DNA of 64,000 bases from positions 425 through 64,424 of the forward strand of contig JAFGXP010000045.1 in the NCBI GenBank assembly GCA_016936535.1, in the 5' to 3' direction. A program made the position numbers and the translations under genes. This document shows, piece after piece, positions 58,545 to 64,000 of the stretch. This DNA comes from Thiotrichales bacterium. GTDB taxonomy: Bacteria; Pseudomonadota; Gammaproteobacteria; Thiomicrospirales; Thiomicrospiraceae. Numbering within the stretch: position 1 is the first letter of the stretch; every line of letters starts with the position of its first letter. The notes beneath the pieces are model-generated. The model was not told where the DNA came from. It did no database searches and saw only the letters and a program-made list of their open reading frames with translations.

Positions 58545-59398
58545 ACCACATCCTCGGGTGGAATCAGGGCGTCTTTGTCTAGATGAGCCTCCCCGGCATG
58601 ATTGTCATCGGCAATCAGCGGCTGCATCGCCGTCCACAGATTGGCGAAGAGATGTTTGTTTTTCTGCTCCTGCGCCAGCAGCAGCGCCTTGGTTTCAGCG
58701 CGCGCCTGAGGCTTGGCGTAGCAAGCCGGACAGTTGTCGGGAATCACCGGCAGGTTGGCGGCTTTGGCAAAGTCGCGCGTCTGGTTCTCGCGTACCCGCA
58801 CCAGCGGGCGGATAATGCGGATATCGCCGTCGTCATTGAGATAATGCGCTTTCATGGTACGCAACTGGCCGGCATTGAAAGCCGACATAATGAAGCTCTC
58901 CGCCAGATCGTCGAGATGCTGCGCCAGCGCCAAGACGTTATAACCTTCGCGGCGGCACACGGTATAGAGTTTGCCGCGTTTCTGACGGGCGCAGAAACTG
59001 CAAAAAGAGTCGCCTTTCATGTGCTGGTTGGCCAGCGCCACCAAATCTTCGGCCTCGTAGAAATAGGGCACGCCCAGCTTTTCCACCCACGCTTTAAGCG
59101 GTGATGGATCAAACCCGGGGATTTCCGGATCAATGGTGCAGGCGGCCAACTCGAATTTGATGGGCGCATGGCGTTGCAGATGTTTCAAAATCACCAACAG
59201 CGCCAGAGAGTCTTTGCCGCCGGACAACCCCAGCAACACGCGGTCGCCGTCGCGCAGCATTTTAAATTGCGCCATCGCCCGCCCCACCGGCTGCATAATC
59301 GCTTTCGGGGGCTTTATCCAATCCTGAGTCCGAATTTTTTTTGTTGGCTTATGGGTTTGCTGCTCTGCAAGGGGGGAATCAAAATCAATTGGCGTCAT
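58541..59398 (-). CDS. ttcA: tRNA 2-thiocytidine(32) synthetase TtcA
   Basis: PP-loop LGLSGGKDS plus the cysteine motifs CSFCARQKRG and CPAC. The stop overlaps the lpxL-family start (ATGA at 58541-58544). Confidence 0.9.
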   Translation of the reverse strand: MTPIDFDSPLAEQQTHKPTKKIRTQDWIKPPKAIMQPVGRAMAQFKMLRDGDRVLLGLSGGKDSLALLVILKHLQRHAPIKFELAACTIDPEIPGFDPSPLKAWVEKLGVPYFYEAEDLVALANQHMKGDSFCSFCARQKRGKLYTVCRREGYNVLALAQHLDDLAESFIMSAFNAGQLRTMKAHYLNDDGDIRIIRPLVRVRENQTRDFAKAANLPVIPDNCPACYAKPQARAETKALLLAQEQKNKHLFANLWTAMQPLIADDNHAGEAHLDKDALIPPEDVV

Positions 59399-59580
59399 TG
59401 GCGTTGCACTGGTTGAGAATAAAGCCGCTATTTTACAATATCTTGCGCGGGTCTAGGCAGTGCGCTTCGTTAAAGGAATCGTTTAGCGGCTGTTCTGCTG
59501 CGCACTTTTACCCAAAAATTCTTTATTCCAGATAAAAAGATTTAGGCTCAGTGCAACAACTCGATTGATAGAATAAGGGC

Positions 59581-59594
59581 CTAACAACTGTTAG
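59581..59594. promoter_or_regulatory. 14-bp palindrome, candidate operator upstream of the MBL-fold gene
   Basis: ctaaca-ac-tgttag with perfect 6-bp arms, 51 nt upstream of ATG 59645. A TetR gene lies immediately downstream of the MBL gene. Confidence 0.25.
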
Positions 59595-59644
59595 TTTTGC
59601 ACCCGATTTATCCATAACAATAAAACCAAGAGAGGAGTTTCATT

Positions 59645-60739
59645 ATGCGCTTTGTGTCGAGCATTTTATTAACTGCGCTGTTCAGCAGCGCACATTTAAA
59701 CGTTCAAGCGGCTTCCCAAGATCCTTACTTTAAAGGCTTTGCCAATTACGCCAAAGAAAACGGCGCGCTCAGCCCAAGTGTTGAAAAGTATTTAAAAGAG
59801 TTGACAGAAACCGAGCGTAAAGTCGGTTATATCGGCCCGGTACTGGATTTACCGAAACCCCAAAAAGTCATGGAAGGGGTTTACACGGTGGTTGGGAGCT
59901 TAATTTGGCACACACCGGAAAACTATGGCCTAAACAACAACCTCTCTTGGGTGGAATTTGCCGATGGTGTTTTTGTCTTTAATGCAGGCCCCAATCCGGC
60001 AGTCGCTTACAGCTTTCATCAAATCATTAAACAACATACCGATAAACCCGTGAAATGGGTCGCCGTTGAAAACTCACAAGGCCACGCTTATTTAGGCGCC
60101 AGCTATTGGGTCGATATTGGTGTAAAAAACTTCTACTCACAAAGCCGAGCGAATCAAGACTTTAACAACGGTTTTGAACAGATTAAAGCCAGTTGGTCAC
60201 GCCGTGTTGGCGAAAACTTGACGCACAGTGCACGCAATGTCAGCGATAAATTCACCGAATTTGACGACAAGTTAGTGATTGATGTGGGAGGCGGCGAAAC
60301 CATTGAGCTGCTGACGTTCGGTCCTGGGCATACCCCCGGTTCAACCTTAGCTTATATCCCGAGCCGCAATCTGCTTTTTACCGGCGACGTTGCCTATAAC
60401 CACCGTTCGCTGGCCTTTTTTCCTTACACCCACACGGGGCATTGGATTGACACTTTCAAAGCAATGAAAGCCGCCATGCCAATTGATGTTTTTGTCATTC
60501 CCGGCCATGGCGCCCCTACCGATATGGCCAAAATTACCGAAGACACCTTAGGGTATCTGGAATATTTACACCGTGCAGTTAAAGAGAAAATCGCGCAGGG
60601 CGGCAAGGAACCCGACATGGGTAGCATTGACCAATCGGCTTATAAACATCGACCTGTATTTGAACAAACTCATCAACAAAACGCTGTTCACATATACAAA
60701 GAACTCACTGGTGGTGACTTAGGGGAAAGCTTTGAATAA
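59645..60739 (+). CDS. secreted MBL-fold protein with a non-canonical metal-binding motif
   Basis: SD gaggag and signal peptide (LLTALFSSAHLNVQA). MBL motifs 3-5 are recognisable (GPGHTPGS, LFTGD, IPGHG), but the HxHxDH position reads NSQGHA. Confidence 0.8.
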   Translation: MRFVSSILLTALFSSAHLNVQAASQDPYFKGFANYAKENGALSPSVEKYLKELTETERKVGYIGPVLDLPKPQKVMEGVYTVVGSLIWHTPENYGLNNNLSWVEFADGVFVFNAGPNPAVAYSFHQIIKQHTDKPVKWVAVENSQGHAYLGASYWVDIGVKNFYSQSRANQDFNNGFEQIKASWSRRVGENLTHSARNVSDKFTEFDDKLVIDVGGGETIELLTFGPGHTPGSTLAYIPSRNLLFTGDVAYNHRSLAFFPYTHTGHWIDTFKAMKAAMPIDVFVIPGHGAPTDMAKITEDTLGYLEYLHRAVKEKIAQGGKEPDMGSIDQSAYKHRPVFEQTHQQNAVHIYKELTGGDLGESFE

Positions 60740-60832
60740 GATTTCAGCCACCTAATCGTTCGACTGCCGTTAAAATGCCTTCGCCAAGCCAAATCCTAGC
60801 TTGGCGTGGATATTTTGCTCCAAAGGAGGCCC

Positions 60833-61411
60833 ATGCAAACTTACGATCGCATTTTGGTGCAAGCCGCAGCTTTATTTGCACAACAGGGCTATGAAGCGGT
60901 GTCAATGCGCGATATCGCTCAAGCCAGCGGGATTAAAGCCCCTTCTTTGTATAACCATTTTTCGGACAAACAAAGTCTATATCGTGCCACGGTACAATCG
61001 GTTTTTACCCAGCACAATGAGCAGCTGATTGATGTATTACGCAGTTCGCACAAACCACTGGATAAATTGAAAAAAGTGATTTATCTCAGTGCCGTAAAAA
61101 TGGCTGAAGACAAGATTTTCCGGCAATTGATTTTGCGCGAACTTCTGCAAAATGATCCGGAAAAGCTGCAATTTTTAGCCGAAAAAGTCATGGCCGATAC
61201 GTGCGAACACTTTGCCCGTATTCTTCGCGAGCTCAACCCAAGCGCCGATCATCACTTCACCATTACCTCACTGATGGGAATGCTGTTATTTCATTTTCAA
61301 ATTGACATCATGCGCGATTTTTTGCCCGATGCTCAGGCCAAACATCACCGTACCGATTATCTCTCTGAGCAAATTTTTTTACTGGTCTCACAGCGGCTAC
61401 TAAACCAATAA
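60833..61411 (+). CDS. TetR/AcrR-family transcriptional regulator
   Basis: SD aaggagg, then N-terminal HTH ILVQAAALFAQQGYEAVSMRDIAQASGIKAPSLYNHF. Confidence 0.9.
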   Translation: MQTYDRILVQAAALFAQQGYEAVSMRDIAQASGIKAPSLYNHFSDKQSLYRATVQSVFTQHNEQLIDVLRSSHKPLDKLKKVIYLSAVKMAEDKIFRQLILRELLQNDPEKLQFLAEKVMADTCEHFARILRELNPSADHHFTITSLMGMLLFHFQIDIMRDFLPDAQAKHHRTDYLSEQIFLLVSQRLLNQ

Positions 61412-61632
61412 AACGCTTTATGCCCCACTCAAAACTCTTGAAAACTGCTGACAGCGTAAATGCAATCACTTGATAAACTGACGCTTCGCATTCAATAATC
61501 AAACCGCAAAAAAGGCCTGCACCCAAGTCAGGCTCGACAGAAAAATAAGGTAAATAGCAACCGACATTTTTTGAACATTGATTTGTGTAAAGGCTTCTTT
61601 TATTTTCGTTATCTATAGAACAGGAGTGAACC

Positions 61633-61869
61633 ATGCGTATAACGTCCCTGACTCTTGCCAGTTTGATGGCTTTCAGCGTCAGCAGCCCCGCCATTGCCGC
61701 CAGCGACCTAAAAAAAGATCCTTTTACTGCAGGCTTCGAAGCCTACGCGAAAGAAAATCCTGAGTTGGCCAAGGCCATTCAATCCTATACCAAAGACATC
61801 GAAAAAGCGGTTCAAGCCAAGCCCAGTTTGGTCGAAACCAAAGAAGAGCTTGGTCATAACAACTCCTAA
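61633..61869 (+). CDS. small secreted protein, paralogue of the N-terminal segment of the MBL-fold protein
   Basis: SD aggag 8 nt upstream and signal peptide ending AIAAS. KDPFTAGFEAYAKEN matches QDPYFKGFANYAKEN of the 59645 gene. A strong terminator follows. Confidence 0.6.
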   Translation: MRITSLTLASLMAFSVSSPAIAASDLKKDPFTAGFEAYAKENPELAKAIQSYTKDIEKAVQAKPSLVETKEELGHNNS

Positions 61870-61937
61870 GCATTGGCTCAGCGCCTAGAAGCAAGCCTAA
61901 AATTTGGGCCTTAGAAGACCTTGCTGAAGTCAAAAAG

Positions 61938-61972
61938 CTCAAAAGGCGCAAATCTGCGCCTTTTGAGTTTTT
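61938..61972. terminator. bidirectional intrinsic terminator
   Basis: ctcaaaaggcgca-aatc-tgcgccttttgag gives a 13-bp stem followed by ttttt. The minus strand also ends in cttttt. It lies between the convergent small ORF and the TauE gene. Confidence 0.9.
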
Positions 61973-62017
61973 GTTGCGGAATAATCTTCGCGATCTTGAT
62001 GATATTTACTGAGAAAA

Positions 62018-62782
62018 TTACGCCAGCAAACCTGGGAGGTTTTTGTACAAAATAAACAATCCCATTAAGACCATGAAAATGGCAAAGCCTTTTTTCAGCA
62101 GCTCTTGATCGACCTTGGAACTGATTTTATGTCCTAACCAACTACCGATAATCCCAATCGCTGAGAAAATCAAAATAATGTTCCAATCCACCACCAAATT
62201 CAGCTCTTTTAACACCGGCATATAACCCACAAAACCGGCAAAAGACTTAATCGTAATAATGACTAAACTGGTACCGACCGCTAAGCGCATCGACAAGCCA
62301 CCCAGTAAAACCAGAGCCGGTATAATCAAAAAACCGCCCCCTACTCCAACCAAACCGGTGACACCGCCAACCACAAAACCATCAATCAAAATTTTGTAAT
62401 AGGCACGCGGTGCATGCGGCTCATCCGAGAGCTTCATTGGCTTATACATAAAATAAGCCGCAACCAGCAACAGCGCGGTAAAAATCAGCATCTGCATCGC
62501 ATCGGATACAAAGTGCGCGCTCCAAGCGCCTGCCCAAGCCCCTGCCATGCCAGGCACACCAAATAATACCACCGTACGCCAATCCACCATTTTCTGCTTG
62601 GCGTAGGGCAGCAAAGCAAACAAGCTAATAATCCCCACAATCATCAAAGAGCCGGCAATGGCGACCTTCGTCTCTTGACCAACCAAATAGGTCAGTACCG
62701 GTACCGTCAAAATGGAACCGCCCGAGCCCAGTAAACCGAGGGTAATACCAATCAATAAAGCGCCAATCCAGGCTAAAACCAT
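62018..62782 (-). CDS. TauE/SafE-family anion exporter membrane protein
   Basis: 254 aa with about 8 hydrophobic segments and the internal duplication typical of TauE (GLLGSGGSILTVP and GLVGVGGGFLIIP). Confidence 0.85.
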   Translation of the reverse strand: MVLAWIGALLIGITLGLLGSGGSILTVPVLTYLVGQETKVAIAGSLMIVGIISLFALLPYAKQKMVDWRTVVLFGVPGMAGAWAGAWSAHFVSDAMQMLIFTALLLVAAYFMYKPMKLSDEPHAPRAYYKILIDGFVVGGVTGLVGVGGGFLIIPALVLLGGLSMRLAVGTSLVIITIKSFAGFVGYMPVLKELNLVVDWNIILIFSAIGIIGSWLGHKISSKVDQELLKKGFAIFMVLMGLFILYKNLPGLLA

Positions 62783-62931
62783 AAGGCTCTCCTAATCCAA
62801 AAAATAAGATCGTTAAAGGTGGGGTGCGCCGCCAGGGCACAAGAGATTAGCAAATGCTGAAATATTTCTCATAGGCGGCTATTGTAGTCAAAGCAGTCTG
62901 TCTAAAACGTGACAGTTGTTTGAAAACACCC

Positions 62932-64000
62932 TTATTTTCGTTGCAAGAGCACACCGCTTTCAATGTGATGGCTGTAAGGAAATTGATCAAACAAAGCGCT
63001 TTTTACCAGCTGATGAGTCTGAGATAAGGTCGCTAAATCGCGTGCTAAGGTTTCTGGATTACACGAAATATAAAGAATTCGCGGGTAGTTTTGAACCATC
63101 TGCCGCGTTAAGTCATCCAAACCCGAACGTGGCGGATCGACCAAGATAGTATCGAAATCATACTGAGATAACTCAACGCCTTTTAATCGCTGAAAGACTT
63201 GTCCTGCCAATGCTTGACTGACTTCTTCCGCTGCCATTTTAATCACTTGCACATTACTCACCGCATTGGCGGCAATGTTCACTTGAGCTGAGGCGACAGA
63301 GGTTTTGGAAATCTCAGTTGCCAAAACGCGACCATAACATTCGGCCAGAGCAATTGAAAAATTGCCGTTACCACAATAGAGCTCAATCAAATCGCCGGTA
63401 CGCTGCCCCGAAACTTTACGCGCCCAATGTAACATCTGCTGCGCAACATAGGGGTTGGGCTGAGTAAAGCTGTTTTCAATCTGCTGATAATGCAAATGTA
63501 GGCCATCTACCTGAAGGGTTTCGTTAATAAAATCCTGATCTAGACACACTTTTTGATGGCGCGCTCGGCCAATAAGATGGGTAATCGGCAATTGAGCACG
63601 TAAGGCCTCAGCAGCGGCCAGCCATCCTGCATCTTCGGCAATTGGCCGCCGATAAATTAAAGTCACCAGCATTTCTCCGGACAGGCTGGCAAGAAAATCG
63701 ACTTGATATAGCTTATGACGAAGCACATCATTGGCTTTCAGAGCGGCAATCAAACGTGGCATCAACTCAGCAATCGAATCAATCGCCATGGGACAAGCAT
63801 CAATCCGTACTTTTTGCTTGGTATCACTATCAAACATAATGTAATAGAGATCGTCCGCTTCATGCCAAACCCGAAACTCAACACGCGCTCGATAATGCTG
63901 CGGCGGTGAGGGAAAAACCTCAACATCGGAAGCTTCTGGCAAAAGCGCTTGCAAACGTGCGACCTTGGCGGCCAACTGCTGCGGGTAATTTTGCGGGTCA
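62932..64000 (-). CDS. trmA: tRNA (uracil54-C5)-methyltransferase TrmA (5' end runs off the window)
   Basis: [23 protein letters not shown] aligns with E. coli TrmA ([23 protein letters not shown]). VDPPRSGLD and the catalytic-Cys region YISCNPETL are present. The frame stays open upstream of Met 63975 to the window edge ([16 protein letters not shown]). Confidence 0.92.
   Translation of the reverse strand, partial: DPQNYPQQLAAKVARLQALLPEASDVEVFPSPPQHYRARVEFRVWHEADDLYYIMFDSDTKQKVRIDACPMAIDSIAELMPRLIAALKANDVLRHKLYQVDFLASLSGEMLVTLIYRRPIAEDAGWLAAAEALRAQLPITHLIGRARHQKVCLDQDFINETLQVDGLHLHYQQIENSFTQPNPYVAQQMLHWARKVSGQRTGDLIELYCGNGNFSIALAECYGRVLATEISKTSVASAQVNIAANAVSNVQVIKMAAEEVSQALAGQVFQRLKGVELSQYDFDTILVDPPRSGLDDLTRQMVQNYPRILYISCNPETLARDLATLSQTHQLVKSALFDQFPYSHHIESGVLLQRK

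Noticed and set aside
1-64000. Search for mobile elements, integrases, tRNA or rRNA genes and phage or defence modules
   Set aside because: I recognised no transposase, integrase or recombinase-like ORF in the six-frame track. I saw no long inverted terminal repeats, no cloverleaf-like intergenic sequence, and no nuclease/ATPase/methylase combination typical of defence islands.

Overview
Densely coding 64-kb stretch (about 60 CDS) that looks like core gammaproteobacterial chromosome, roughly 50% GC by eye. The taxonomic placement is inference from protein similarity and gene order only. Recognisable housekeeping genes: gap (partial), tkt, an RND efflux pair, cca, ycgL, Mn-type sod, glycerate kinase, hisI, truD, rep, comM/yifB, ubiK, argS, topA, dprA, def-fmt-rsmB, DUF4390 with an NtrY/NtrX-like two-component pair, trkA-trkH, an SPFH/NfeD pair, an LpxL-family acyltransferase, ttcA and trmA (partial). 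I recognised no rRNA, tRNA, CRISPR array, transposase or integrase. Many ORF-track entries carry spurious N-terminal extensions; I re-set starts to an internal ATG with a Shine-Dalgarno (SD) sequence where the sequence supports it. Four regions stand out. (1) 15.3-18.7 kb holds a translationally coupled operon: a BtaA-like (DUF3419) gene, a FemAB/GNAT-like gene and a PlcP/LpxH-like metallophosphoesterase gene. It is preceded by a near-consensus Pho box and has no BtaB methyltransferase. This is my best candidate for an undescribed phosphate-starvation membrane-lipid pathway. (2) 27.9-34.7 kb is an AT-shifted type I secretion module (OmpA/TSP3 protein, LssB/LapB-type ABC, HlyD, TolC) with no substrate gene in the window. 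A VpsT/CsgD-like pseudo-receiver LuxR regulator is inserted into it. (3) ttcA is a GC-rich outlier, yet its stop overlaps the start of the neighbouring gene. (4) A secreted MBL-fold protein with a degenerate metal motif, a TetR regulator and a small secreted paralogue of the MBL N-terminus sit together. Smaller observations include a 12-bp tandem repeat that fills a convergent spacer, an NtrX-type regulator with a degenerate AAA+ domain, and a TopA with no zinc ribbons.
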